DNA of 64,000 nt from Patescibacteria group bacterium (GCA_041671325.1 JBAZBR010000001.1:221332-285331), one strand, 5' to 3'. Positions 36,375 to 46,407 are shown, numbered from the stretch's first letter. Translations and numbers: made by a program. The notes: a model not told the origin generated them from the sequence alone.

Positions 36375-39356
36375 ATGGGAAATAGCAAAAAAGTCGGTAA
36401 AACAATAGGCATTATTGTTTTAGGAGCGGTTTTATTTATTATGCCGATAATAGCAAGGAGTTCAGCGGTTGACATAAAAAGTCAGAGGCAGGCCGACTTT
36501 AACCAGACTTTAATTTCAAATGATAAACGGTACGAAATCACATCTGAAGATATAAAAAGGGGGTACGTGGAAGGCGAAGTACTGGTTAAATTTCAAGAGA
36601 ATAAAATTGATTTAAATAGTTCTCTTGACGATAAAAAAATTCAAGTATTCTATCAGGATAAAGCCGTAAGAGGCGAGAGCATAATTAAAGAGGAAAATTT
36701 AGCTTTATTAAAATCTGACAATAAGACAACGGAAAATCTTATAAACGAACTAAGAAAGGATACGGCAGTGGAATACGTTGAACCAAATTATATTCGTCAT
36801 TACGAGGGCGTACCAAATGATACAGATTTTAATAAATTATGGGGTCTGCATAATTCCGGACAAAATGTTAATGGAGTCACGGGGACAAACGATGCTGATA
36901 TTGATGCTCCGGAAGCATGGGATATTCAAACAGATAGCAATTCACTAACTGTTGCTGTTATTGACTCTGGGATAGCGCCCAATCATCCTGATTTATCATC
37001 AAATTTAGTTGCCGGTTGGGATTTTGTAGATAATGATTCAACCACCGACGACATGGTTGGACATGGCACTCATGTAGCTGGAATTATTGGGGCAGTGGGG
37101 AACAATAGCCAGGGTATAACGGGATTAAATTGGAATGTAAAAATAATGCCGTTAAAAGTCGGTGATCTTGAAGGCGTAACAACTGCCAGGTTTATATCAG
37201 CGTTAGATTTTGCAGTTGATAACGGGATTAAAATTGTTAATTATAGTGTCGGTGGATATAGTTATAGTAGTTTAGAATATTGGGCGATAGAATCTGCTAG
37301 AAACAACGGAGTATTATTGATAGCTGCTGCCGGTAACGAGGCAAATAATAATGATGGAACTCATCACTATCCATCTGATTATGATTTAGATAACATCATA
37401 TCAGTAGCCGCGACGGATCAAGATGATAATTTAGCCGAATTTTCAAATTACGGAACCACTTCGGTCGATGTAACCGCACCTGGAAAGAATATTTATAGTA
37501 CAGTACCATATAATGCCTTTTTTGAAACTTTTGAAAACGCAACTAAGCCTGGATTTACTGGAACAAATTTTACATCAAGCGGATCAAATAATTATTGGGA
37601 AACGTGGGGAACATCTAATATTAATGCTTGGGGCAATCATAATTTATACCCTTACGAAGCTAATTCAAATGGAATTCTTACCTCAAGCGCCGTTGATAGC
37701 TCTGCACAAAGTATAGTTATACTGCAATATGATTATCAAATAGAAGCGGAAAATTCCTTTTTATGTTTAAATGATTATTTATCCACCGAAGTCTATGACG
37801 GCAGTATCTGGCATGAAGTCGCTTATTATTGCGGCAAGCGGGGAGATATAGAGAGTATTAATATTAGTGTTTATAAAAACGCTGATTTGAAAGTAAGGTT
37901 TAAATGGGTGACTAACAGTTCGGATAATAATTATAGCGGTACTTATATTGATAATATAAAGATACTTTATCCAAATTCAACAAGCGGTGGGTATGAGTAT
38001 ATGGACGGTACCTCAATGGCCACTCCTTATGTAACAGGTCTAGCCGCACTAATTAAATCTTACAAGCCAAGTTATTCCTATAAAGCAATAAAGGAAAACA
38101 TTATCAACAATGTTGATAAAAAGGATTCATTAAGTGGTAAAGTTTTATCTGGTGGCAGGATTAACGCTTATAATAGTTTACTAAATGTAGATATCACACC
38201 TCCTACGGCAATCTTCACTTATTCGAAAACAGACCAAACGAACGGGAACGTAATAGCAACTTTAGTTCCTAGTGAACCAGTTAACATAACAAATAACAGC
38301 GGTTTAAACACCCGAACTTTTACGGAGAATGGCAGTTTTACCTTTGAATTCGAGGACGCGGCGGGAAATGTTGGTTCGGCGACAGCTACTGTAAGTAACA
38401 TTGATAAAGTAAGGCCAATTATTACTTTTTCTGGAAGCACTCCGGTGAATATTACCCAAGGCGAAGCCTATGCTGATGCTGGAGCGACCGCGTCGGATAA
38501 TTTTGATGGAGATATTACATCCAGGATCGTAGTCGTGAATCCGGTTAATACTTCAGTTGCTGGATCGTACACTATCACTTATAACGTGACGGACTCCGCT
38601 GGGAACACCGCGGAACAAGTTGTTCGAATAGTGAATGTGAATGCTCCACCAGCACCACCTCCTCCACCTCCGCCCGCGCCAACCGCACCCGCGCCGGTAG
38701 TTTCAACGCCACCCATAAGCACGCCTACGTCTCCAGTACTTATACCCAAGGTATTAGGCGAGGAAGTTATTGTGCCCGTGATTACAAGTTTAAAATTGAG
38801 CAAAGGCGAGTATAAATATAAATTAAATGGAAAAATTATTTCGATTAAGCCATTTGGTACTTCTTACAAAGGTAAAGTATGGGCGAAAAAAGTAAATTTT
38901 GGCACAGAACTTGGCGTAGTTTATTTGTTTATAAATTCTGAAAAGCTGAAAACCGGGGCAGTAAAAATGTATAGTACCCAGGGCAAATTAATTGGTACAT
39001 TCAAGCCATACGGCGGTTTTGCGACAAATGGTTTAAACGCCGATATAACTATTATTAACAATGAAGTTTACTTAGCAGTTGGCACGACTAAGGCTGGAAC
39101 TACTGCCAGGATATACAAGGTTACGAATAAAACCCTTAAAAGTATTAATACGGTAAAAGCCTCTAAATCCAACGGAAACGTCATTGTGGCATATTTAAAA
39201 CTTTATAGTGGCCAATATGGCTTGGTAACCATGCTGAAAAACCAAAAGTCAACTATAAAAGTTTGGAAGTATGATTCAATAAAGAACAAATTTATTGAGG
39301 ATACGAAATTCAATAAGAAAAAGATCAAAGTTGTTAATGGTATCCCGAAATTATAA
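36375..39356 (+). CDS. Secreted S8 subtilisin-like protease with inserted domain, Ig-like (DUF5011-type) domain, Pro-rich linker and Lys-rich tail
   Basis: Catalytic triad VIDSG, HGTHVAG, GTSMATP; ATASDNFDGDIT..GSYTITYNVTDSAGN. Confidence 0.93.
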   Translation: MGNSKKVGKTIGIIVLGAVLFIMPIIARSSAVDIKSQRQADFNQTLISNDKRYEITSEDIKRGYVEGEVLVKFQENKIDLNSSLDDKKIQVFYQDKAVRGESIIKEENLALLKSDNKTTENLINELRKDTAVEYVEPNYIRHYEGVPNDTDFNKLWGLHNSGQNVNGVTGTNDADIDAPEAWDIQTDSNSLTVAVIDSGIAPNHPDLSSNLVAGWDFVDNDSTTDDMVGHGTHVAGIIGAVGNNSQGITGLNWNVKIMPLKVGDLEGVTTARFISALDFAVDNGIKIVNYSVGGYSYSSLEYWAIESARNNGVLLIAAAGNEANNNDGTHHYPSDYDLDNIISVAATDQDDNLAEFSNYGTTSVDVTAPGKNIYSTVPYNAFFETFENATKPGFTGTNFTSSGSNNYWETWGTSNINAWGNHNLYPYEANSNGILTSSAVDSSAQSIVILQYDYQIEAENSFLCLNDYLSTEVYDGSIWHEVAYYCGKRGDIESINISVYKNADLKVRFKWVTNSSDNNYSGTYIDNIKILYPNSTSGGYEYMDGTSMATPYVTGLAALIKSYKPSYSYKAIKENIINNVDKKDSLSGKVLSGGRINAYNSLLNVDITPPTAIFTYSKTDQTNGNVIATLVPSEPVNITNNSGLNTRTFTENGSFTFEFEDAAGNVGSATATVSNIDKVRPIITFSGSTPVNITQGEAYADAGATASDNFDGDITSRIVVVNPVNTSVAGSYTITYNVTDSAGNTAEQVVRIVNVNAPPAPPPPPPPAPTAPAPVVSTPPISTPTSPVLIPKVLGEEVIVPVITSLKLSKGEYKYKLNGKIISIKPFGTSYKGKVWAKKVNFGTELGVVYLFINSEKLKTGAVKMYSTQGKLIGTFKPYGGFATNGLNADITIINNEVYLAVGTTKAGTTARIYKVTNKTLKSINTVKASKSNGNVIVAYLKLYSGQYGLVTMLKNQKSTIKVWKYDSIKNKFIEDTKFNKKKIKVVNGIPKL

Positions 39357-39419
39357 ACTACGATTAGTTACAAAATAGGTGGTGTTGAAACGTAGAAAGA
39401 AAGGAAGTAGACAATCGTC

Positions 39420-39456
39420 AACCTCACCCCTACCCTCTCCTATATAGGAGAGGGGG
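39420..39456 (+). repeat. REP-like CCTCACCCC..CCCTCTCC-N-GGAGAGGG element
   Basis: CCCTCTCCTATATAGGAGAGGG palindrome preceded by CCTCACCCC. Confidence 0.6.
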
Positions 39457-39513
39457 TTTCGTATACGATCTAACCCAGCTGGTAAAATACCTTGTTCGTA
39501 ATAACCTTAAGGG

Positions 39514-39581
39514 TTGACAAAACTTAATAACCTGCTAGCTTAAAGTAAAGCGCCGTCGCGAAATCAGCGCCGTCGCTAATC
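39514..39581 (+). promoter_or_regulatory. Promoter followed by a direct-repeat operator candidate
   Basis: TTGACA-16 nt-TAGCTT; AGCGCCGTCGC at 39549-39559 and 39566-39576. Confidence 0.6.
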
Positions 39582-39599
39582 CAATAAAATATCGGTTTT

Positions 39600-40622
39600 A
39601 TGGCCAAAAGCCTGCCTAAGATCATCTTGCTGTTTGCCGGCGGATCAACTCTTCAAATCGAAGGGGGCGGGGTGATGACTGTAAATTCACCCAAAGATAT
39701 CCAAGCCTGGATGGACCAAGTCCCAGAGCTGGCCCTGATCGCCAAAGTCGAACCGGTTTTTGTCATGCCTGACGGCAAGCATATTGAAATCCCGGACTGG
39801 AATATTTTGGCGCAAAAAGTTTTGCAGTATACCGACGATTATGACGGCTTTGTGATTTTGCAGGGCGTGGACACTATGCTCTACACCAGCGCCTTCTTGT
39901 CGTATGTTTTGAAAGATTTGGCCAAGCCCGTGGTTATCACTGGTTCGCCTTTGACCCCAACTTTGCAAGCGGCCAAGGAAGCGGAAAAAGCCACCATCAA
40001 TTATCGCAATCTGGGAGTGCGCGCCAACCTCATTAATGCTATTCAAGTTTCCACTTTCAAAGTTCCGGAAGTAACCATTGCTTTTGGCAACCAGGTTATC
40101 CGCGCCAACCGGGCCAGGAAATCGCCGAATATTTCTTTTAACATGTTTGACGCGGACGAGCGCGATGTCATGGGCCGTGTGGATTTTGGCATTAAGTTAA
40201 AAAGTGAAAGCGAAAAAACCGTGGAGCCGAAAAAAATCCATCTCACCGAAGTTAAGCCCGCTAACCTGAAAATCCTGACCATCCACCCGACTTTTGAACC
40301 CGAAGAATTGAATGAAGCCATAAAGAATTTGCCTGACGGCATCCTTATCCAAACTTTCATGCAAGAAGGCTGGCCCGAAAGTTTGCAATACCTATTGAAA
40401 GTTGCCAACGACAAGGAAATTCCAGTCGTAGTTTTAAATCCGTATTTTGCCCTGGCTACCAAACTGCCGAACGTGCAAATGGTCTCGGGTATTTCATTGG
40501 AAGCTTTGTACGCTAAATTCCTCTGGGCTCTGTCGAAAGCTCGGAATCCCCAAATTGTCTTGCAATTAATCAGCCAAAATCGCGCTGGGGAGTTTGGGCT
40601 GGAAGAAAAGAAAGCCAAATAG
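39600..40622 (+). CDS. Type I asparaginase-fold protein, probably inactive
   Basis: Fold motifs YDGFVIL, KPVVITGS, RANRARK; TGGTI replaced by AGGST and HGTDT by QGVDT. Confidence 0.8.
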   Translation: MAKSLPKIILLFAGGSTLQIEGGGVMTVNSPKDIQAWMDQVPELALIAKVEPVFVMPDGKHIEIPDWNILAQKVLQYTDDYDGFVILQGVDTMLYTSAFLSYVLKDLAKPVVITGSPLTPTLQAAKEAEKATINYRNLGVRANLINAIQVSTFKVPEVTIAFGNQVIRANRARKSPNISFNMFDADERDVMGRVDFGIKLKSESEKTVEPKKIHLTEVKPANLKILTIHPTFEPEELNEAIKNLPDGILIQTFMQEGWPESLQYLLKVANDKEIPVVVLNPYFALATKLPNVQMVSGISLEALYAKFLWALSKARNPQIVLQLISQNRAGEFGLEEKKAK

Positions 40623-40623
40623 T

Positions 40624-41226
40624 ATGCGCGTCTATTTCTTCCAAGCCCCCAGCGACAAGCCCCGGTTTGAAAATATCCGAATGGAGATTTTGGAAGTTTT
40701 AGACATGAAAAAAGTTTTTTATGTTACTTCTGACGGCAAAAACAGTTTGGATATTCCCGCCGAAGAATTGGAAGCCTTGAACGAAAGCGGGGGATCCATG
40801 CTAGATAAGATGGATGCTTTAGTCATTGAAGGCTCCACGCCAGATGCGGACATTGGCTATTTATTGGCTTATGCCATGAGTTTGCGACGACCAACCTTGT
40901 ATTTGTATGATAAGGATATTTCCAATAAAGGCGTTTTGAAGTTTTTAGGCAATCGCCAAATCCCCGGGCACATCCATGTCAAATCATATTCCGGTGAACA
41001 GGTTAAGGATTTCGTGGACAAATTCATAACGGATTTGCAAGGCGATGAAGCCGAGGAATTGCCTAGCATTAAATTCACCTTACGCATTACCCCGCAAATG
41101 GAGAGGTACTTGCAATGGAAAGCCAAGAAATTCAAGATGACCAAGGCAGATTTCCTGCGGGAAAAAATTTCCGTAGAGCTGATTGAAAAGGATGAGGAAT
41201 ATCAAAAATATTTAAAGAAGAAATGA
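40624..41226 (+). CDS. NDT/DNPH1-like domain (catalytic Glu lost) fused to a ribbon-helix-helix domain
   Basis: MRVYF, DALVIEGSTPDADIGYLLAYA..RRPTLYLY; C-terminal IKFTLRITPQMERYLQWKAKKFKMTKADFLRE. Confidence 0.72.
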   Translation: MRVYFFQAPSDKPRFENIRMEILEVLDMKKVFYVTSDGKNSLDIPAEELEALNESGGSMLDKMDALVIEGSTPDADIGYLLAYAMSLRRPTLYLYDKDISNKGVLKFLGNRQIPGHIHVKSYSGEQVKDFVDKFITDLQGDEAEELPSIKFTLRITPQMERYLQWKAKKFKMTKADFLREKISVELIEKDEEYQKYLKKK

Positions 41227-41227
41227 T

Positions 41228-42640
41228 ATGATTGAACTATTAAAAATAATTTATTGGTTAGTTGCAATTACGAACTTTATTGTAGCAGTTTTCGTTTTGT
41301 TAAAGGGGATAAAGAAAAAGCCTAACTGGTTATTTTTTCTTTTGGTAATGGCATGTAATGGCTGGTTAATCTCAAATTATTTTTCATATTTCGTCAGAGA
41401 TCTAAATGTTGCTTTAATTGCAGCACGGGTATCTTACTTTTTTGCCTCATTAATAATGCCATTTTTAATTCTTTTTGTTTATAACTTCCCATTCAAGACA
41501 AGTTTTAAGAATAAAAATTATTTCATTATAATTATTCCTGCAATACTTTCTGTGTTTTTATCTTTTGGTCCATGGTTTGTTAAAAGTATTGAGATTAAAG
41601 AAAAAATTAATTTCTATGTTAATGGGAATTTGCATTTATTTTATACTTTATCGATTGGATTATATCTAATCATTTATTGTTACATTTATTTTAAGAAGTT
41701 TAAACAAGCGAATCCGATTGAAAAATCAAAATTAAAATATATTGTAATAGGGTTAATAATTACCGCACTTTTTAGTATTTATTTTGATTTATTATATCCA
41801 TATATTCATAAAATTGAAGCTTGGTCTGGCGGAGTTTATGGTTCACCAACAACAATAATTTTTACTCTATCTGTTGCTTATGCGATTTTACGTTACAGGC
41901 TTTTAGACATACGGATCGTCATTCAAAAAAGCTTTGTGCAATTGATGACTTTTGTGATTTTGTTTGCGATTTATGCTTATGCTCTGATTTTAATTCAGAA
42001 TGTTTCCAGCAAATCCGTGGCTTTAAATAATAATACTGGTTTATTAATTACTATTTTTGTCATTGCTTTAACTATTGAACCTCTCCGCAAATGGATCTAC
42101 AAACTTATTGACGGGATTTTTGAGAATAAGGAAAAACAAAGGCAAGAGGCCTTGCAAAGGGTGCAATTAGTCACTAATTCCACATTGCAATTCCAAACTT
42201 TACTAACCAAGACCCAAGTTGAATTGGAATCTGTTTTCGGGTCAGGAATTGACTTTTACTTGGCAGAAAGAAAGACTGGGAATTTTATCCAATATCCAAA
42301 AGGTGATAAAAAATTGGCTATGGAAAATTCTGTAGGTATGAAAATTTTACCGGGTAATATTCTCATTGCTGATGAATTACCCTATAGGATTGAAAACGGT
42401 GAGACTGCATTAATCCACACCTCGGATTGGTTAAAACAAAACCATTACTCAGCAGTTGTGCCCATTGGCTCAGAAGAGGAAATGGTAGGCATCTTTTGCC
42501 TTCCAATTAGTACCGGCCATCAAAAACCCATTACCGCAGACATGGTTAGGTTTTTGAAGGAATTCCAAACCTCGGTCTTTTTCCCTTTTGCCAGCGCTTA
42601 TGCCTACAAGTTGGCGATTGAGAGAATTGCGCTGAAGTAA
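41228..42640 (+). CDS. HisKA_7TM-like membrane sensor with degenerate GAF-like domain and no kinase domain
   Basis: Seven N-terminal TM helices ending YAILRYRLLDIR, two more TM helices, AVVPIG..EEMVGIFCL; stops without an H-box. Confidence 0.7.
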   Translation: MIELLKIIYWLVAITNFIVAVFVLLKGIKKKPNWLFFLLVMACNGWLISNYFSYFVRDLNVALIAARVSYFFASLIMPFLILFVYNFPFKTSFKNKNYFIIIIPAILSVFLSFGPWFVKSIEIKEKINFYVNGNLHLFYTLSIGLYLIIYCYIYFKKFKQANPIEKSKLKYIVIGLIITALFSIYFDLLYPYIHKIEAWSGGVYGSPTTIIFTLSVAYAILRYRLLDIRIVIQKSFVQLMTFVILFAIYAYALILIQNVSSKSVALNNNTGLLITIFVIALTIEPLRKWIYKLIDGIFENKEKQRQEALQRVQLVTNSTLQFQTLLTKTQVELESVFGSGIDFYLAERKTGNFIQYPKGDKKLAMENSVGMKILPGNILIADELPYRIENGETALIHTSDWLKQNHYSAVVPIGSEEEMVGIFCLPISTGHQKPITADMVRFLKEFQTSVFFPFASAYAYKLAIERIALK

Positions 42641-42725
42641 TCTAATGACGTATAAAAATAAACTTGCCAGACTGTTTTAAGCATATTAAGCTGAGAATAA
42701 CTTAGAATATTAACCCCCTAAATAT

Positions 42726-43457
42726 ATGAAAGGAGTAATTTTAGCCGGTGGCACTGGTTCCAGGTTATTCCCTTTAACCAAAGTCACCAATAAGCACTTA
42801 TTACCGGTTTACAACAAACCCATGATTTTTTATCCTTTGCAAACCTTGAAGGACGCAGGAGTAAAAGATATTATGATAATTTCCGGCAAGGGCCATGCTG
42901 GCGGTTTTTTGGAACTTCTGGGTGATGGTCATGATTTTGGCGTACGTTTGTCATATGGCGTGCAAGAGCAACCAGGCGGTATTGCTCAAGCTTTGGGTTT
43001 GGCCGAAGATTTTGCCGATAACCAAAAAATCGTAGTAATTTTGGGTGATAATATTTTAGAAGATAATATTGCCAAAGCCACCAGTGATTTTGAAAATCAG
43101 GAAAAAGGCGGTAAAATATTTTTAAAAGAAGTGGAGAATCCAAAATCTTTTGGCGTAGCAGAAGTCCAGGGTGATAAAATTATCGGCATTGTGGAAAAGC
43201 CTGCCGAACCCAAAAGCAATTTAGCCGTGATCGGGGTGTATATGTATGACGCTGATGTTTTTCAAGTGATTAAAACCTTAAAGCCTTCAGCCAGGGGCGA
43301 ATTGGAAGTTACGGATTTAAATAATTATTATGTCGGAGAGGGAACCATGACTTATGAAATCTTGAAAGGTTCTTGGGGTGATGGCGGAGAGTCATTTGAT
43401 TCATTACTCAAAGCCTCGATTCAGGCTGCAGAGTGGGAAAAACGTAAGCAATTTTAG
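42726..43457 (+). CDS. Glucose-1-phosphate thymidylyltransferase-like (RmlA/SpsI) nucleotidyltransferase
   Basis: GVILAGGTGSRLFPLT..NKHLLPVYNKPMI, ILGDN, EKP, PSARGELEVTD. Confidence 0.9.
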   Translation: MKGVILAGGTGSRLFPLTKVTNKHLLPVYNKPMIFYPLQTLKDAGVKDIMIISGKGHAGGFLELLGDGHDFGVRLSYGVQEQPGGIAQALGLAEDFADNQKIVVILGDNILEDNIAKATSDFENQEKGGKIFLKEVENPKSFGVAEVQGDKIIGIVEKPAEPKSNLAVIGVYMYDADVFQVIKTLKPSARGELEVTDLNNYYVGEGTMTYEILKGSWGDGGESFDSLLKASIQAAEWEKRKQF

Positions 43458-43618
43458 GCAGACAGTTCAAGGCCATTGTTTAATTGACTAAGCCGATTTT
43501 TGGTACGCTAGATTCATAGGCAAAAATAAATTACTAAGTTGACGCGTACTAATATGGTTCTTATACTGTTGATAGAAAAATAACGAATCGTTCTTCTCAT
43601 TTAGGAAGGGGTTGACTA

Positions 43619-43828
43619 ATGGCTTTATTAACACCTGAGCAAGAAGCTGTTTTACGGGCTAAAGTTGCTGAAAGGTTTCCTGGCGATGCGTTGCAAAAAC
43701 TTGCGGCCGATCAATCATTAGCTCCTTGGTGGAATGGAGTTGTAGATCGACTTGATAGCGCTATGCGCACTATTGATATTGACCAACTTGCTTCGTTGGC
43801 CGCAGCTCAAAACAAAATGGTTGATTGA
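43619..43828 (+). CDS. Small orphan protein
   Basis: TTGACG-17 nt-TATACT promoter, GGAAGGGG SD, terminator near 43851-43880. Confidence 0.6.
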   Translation: MALLTPEQEAVLRAKVAERFPGDALQKLAADQSLAPWWNGVVDRLDSAMRTIDIDQLASLAAAQNKMVD

Positions 43829-43977
43829 TATCAGTGCATAAGTTCTTACGATACAGGCGTTTTCTTACGCCTGTATTTTTTGTAATAGTTTTGGATCTCT
43901 AAATGAAAATAGGTAAAAGAGTGTTTGCAAAAAACGAATTTTTCTGTTATAATAATACTATAAACAAATTTTTTATT

Positions 43978-45147
43978 ATGAATCTACGCTCTCTTAAGGA
44001 ATTAGCGCTTCAAGGCCAGCAAGTGGTTGTCCGGGTGGATTTTAATGTGCCCATTAAAAACGGTAAGGTCAATGATCCTTCCAGAATAAAAGCAGCTTTG
44101 CCTACTATTAATTACCTTCGGGAACAGCAGTGCCGGATTGTCTTGATTACCCACCTTGGCAAACCCAAAGGCACGCATGACCCGGCTTGCAGTCTGCAGC
44201 CAGTTTTTGATTACTTAGCTGGGATTATGCCCAGCGTAAAGTTTTCTACTTATGTTCCAGGGAGCGACGAGGCTATTAAAAGAAGCCAGGAAGTCAGGCC
44301 GGGAGATGTTTTGTTATTTGATAATTTAAGATTTCATGCCGGTGAAGAAGCCAATGATTTGGAATTTTCAAAAAAACTTGCGGCTCTGGGTGACATTTTT
44401 ATAAACGAAGCTTTTTCAGTTTGTCATCGCAAAGCCGCGTCAGTTTCCACCTTACCCAAGCTTTTGCCCTCGGCTGCGGGTTTTGAACTGCAAAAAGAAG
44501 TTGAGTATTTAAGTAATTTAATGGAAGAGCCTGAACGTCCTTTTATTGGCATTATTGGCGGGGCAAAAATTTCCACCAAGTTACCAGTGATCAGGAATTT
44601 ATTGGAAAAAGTTGATTATCTGTTATTAGGCGGAGCTTTAGCCAACACTATTTTAAAAGCCCAAGGTGTGGCAGTTGGTAAATCCTTGATTGAAGAAAGC
44701 ATGGTGGATGAGGTGAAAGATTTAAGCTTGGTAAATAATAAGCTTCGCGTGCCGATTGACGTGGTTATGGCGCCCAGCATTGAAGCGAATGCCCAATCCC
44801 AGACCGTGGCCGTGGCTAATGTACCGGATGACCAGAGAATTTTGGATATTGGGCCAGAGACTATTGAGCTTTACGACATGATTTTAAAGACGGCCAAGAC
44901 CGTGGTTTGGAACGGACCCATGGGCTATTTTGAATTGCCGCAATTTGAAGTTGGCACAAAACAAATTGCGGAAATCATGTCTAATTTAAATGCCCAGACT
45001 ATTGCCGGGGGCGGTGAAACCTTGGAAGCCATCACGGGCTTGAAATTAAGCGAAAAATTCACTTTTCTTTCCACTGGCGGGGGAGCCATGCTTTCTTATT
45101 TAGAAGGCAAAACTTTACCAGGCATAGAACCGCTAATTAAAATTTAA
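43978..45147 (+). CDS. pgk: Phosphoglycerate kinase
   Basis: VRVDFNVP, NLRF, GGAKISTK, WNGPMG, STGGGA. Confidence 0.97.
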   Translation: MNLRSLKELALQGQQVVVRVDFNVPIKNGKVNDPSRIKAALPTINYLREQQCRIVLITHLGKPKGTHDPACSLQPVFDYLAGIMPSVKFSTYVPGSDEAIKRSQEVRPGDVLLFDNLRFHAGEEANDLEFSKKLAALGDIFINEAFSVCHRKAASVSTLPKLLPSAAGFELQKEVEYLSNLMEEPERPFIGIIGGAKISTKLPVIRNLLEKVDYLLLGGALANTILKAQGVAVGKSLIEESMVDEVKDLSLVNNKLRVPIDVVMAPSIEANAQSQTVAVANVPDDQRILDIGPETIELYDMILKTAKTVVWNGPMGYFELPQFEVGTKQIAEIMSNLNAQTIAGGGETLEAITGLKLSEKFTFLSTGGGAMLSYLEGKTLPGIEPLIKI

Positions 45148-45150
45148 ACC

Positions 45151-46407
45151 ATGCCAAAACTAATTAGTTTAAAAGCGATTGAAATTTTAGATTCACGCGG
45201 TAACCCAACTTTGCAGGTCAAAGCAGATTTTGATGATGGCAGCACTGGTACAGCTGGTGTGCCTTCAGGTGCTTCTACTGGTAGCCATGAAGCTTTGGAA
45301 TTGCGGGACAATGACCAGCGTTTTCATGGTAAAGGCGTCAGGAAAGCTGTTAGTAATGTCAACCAAGAAATCGCCAAAGTTTTAGTGGGTAAGGAAATTA
45401 AAGATTTGAAAAAAATTGATAAAAAACTTTGTACCTTGGATGGTACAAAAAATAAAGCCAGGCTGGGAGCCAACGCCATCTTGGGCGTTTCTTTGGCTAT
45501 GGCCAAAGCTTTGGCCAAAAGCCAAAAACAGCCTTTATATAAATTTTTAATTCAAGAGTATGGATTTAAGCTTGGACAAGTGAAATTTCCCAGGCCAATG
45601 TTCAATGTCATAAATGGCGGCTTGCATGCGGATTCGGGCTTGTCATTTCAGGAATACATGGTCATCCCTAAAACTGGAAATTTTCCAGAAGATGTCAGGT
45701 GCGGAGCAGAAGTTTTTCAAAGTTTAAAAAAATTATTGACAAACAAAAGCCTTTCTACTTTAGTCGGGGACGAAGGCGGTTTCGCGCCGAATTTAAGGTC
45801 TAATGAGGAGCCTTTGCAATTATTAGCTCAAGCCGTGGAACAAGCGGGTTATGAATTAGGCAAGGATGTGGAATTAGGTTTAGATGCGGCGGCAACCCAA
45901 TTACTCAAACCTGAAGGTGCGTACTCCCTGGCTTTGGAAGGCAAGGGCTTAACACCTGAGCAAATGATTGCCTTGTATTTGGAATGGCATAAAAAATACC
46001 ATTTATTTTCAGTTGAAGATGGCTTAGCAGAAGATGATTGGGAAAATTGGCAAGCCCTGACCTCGGGATTAACCAAAGCCAGCATGATGGTAGTCGGTGA
46101 CGATCTTTTTGTGACTAATACAGAAAGATTAAAAATTGGCATTCAAAAGGGCGTTGCTAATTCAATTTTAATTAAAGTTAACCAAATTGGAACTTTGACT
46201 GAAACCATTGAAGCCATAAAATTAGCGCAAAAAAATAATTATCAAGTGGTAGTTTCGCATCGTTCAGGTGAAACCTGTGATAGCACGATTGCGGATTTAG
46301 CCTTGGCAGTAGGCGCAGGCTTTATCAAGTCTGGCTCTTTATCCAGAAGCGAAAGATCCGCAAAATATAACCGTCTGCTGACTATTTGGGAGGAAACCAA
46401 TGGCTAA
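45151..46407 (+). CDS. eno: Enolase
   Basis: EILDSRGNPT, PSGASTG, GDEGGFAP, VGDDLF, SHRSGET. Confidence 0.98.
   Translation: MPKLISLKAIEILDSRGNPTLQVKADFDDGSTGTAGVPSGASTGSHEALELRDNDQRFHGKGVRKAVSNVNQEIAKVLVGKEIKDLKKIDKKLCTLDGTKNKARLGANAILGVSLAMAKALAKSQKQPLYKFLIQEYGFKLGQVKFPRPMFNVINGGLHADSGLSFQEYMVIPKTGNFPEDVRCGAEVFQSLKKLLTNKSLSTLVGDEGGFAPNLRSNEEPLQLLAQAVEQAGYELGKDVELGLDAAATQLLKPEGAYSLALEGKGLTPEQMIALYLEWHKKYHLFSVEDGLAEDDWENWQALTSGLTKASMMVVGDDLFVTNTERLKIGIQKGVANSILIKVNQIGTLTETIEAIKLAQKNNYQVVVSHRSGETCDSTIADLALAVGAGFIKSGSLSRSERSAKYNRLLTIWEETNG

Noticed and set aside
38641-38730. C-rich low-complexity tract as a repeat element (also the G-rich tract at 35030-35106)
   Set aside because: These encode the Pro-rich linker of the S8 protease and the Gly-rich DUF2207 tail
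2329-39395. Exact 19-bp match AGGTGGTGTTGAAACGTAG at 2329-2347 and 39377-39395 as an attL/attR pair
   Set aside because: The 37 kb between them is core chromosome (rplJL, trpS, dcw), no integrase is present, and one copy lies inside an HTH frame; chance cannot be excluded
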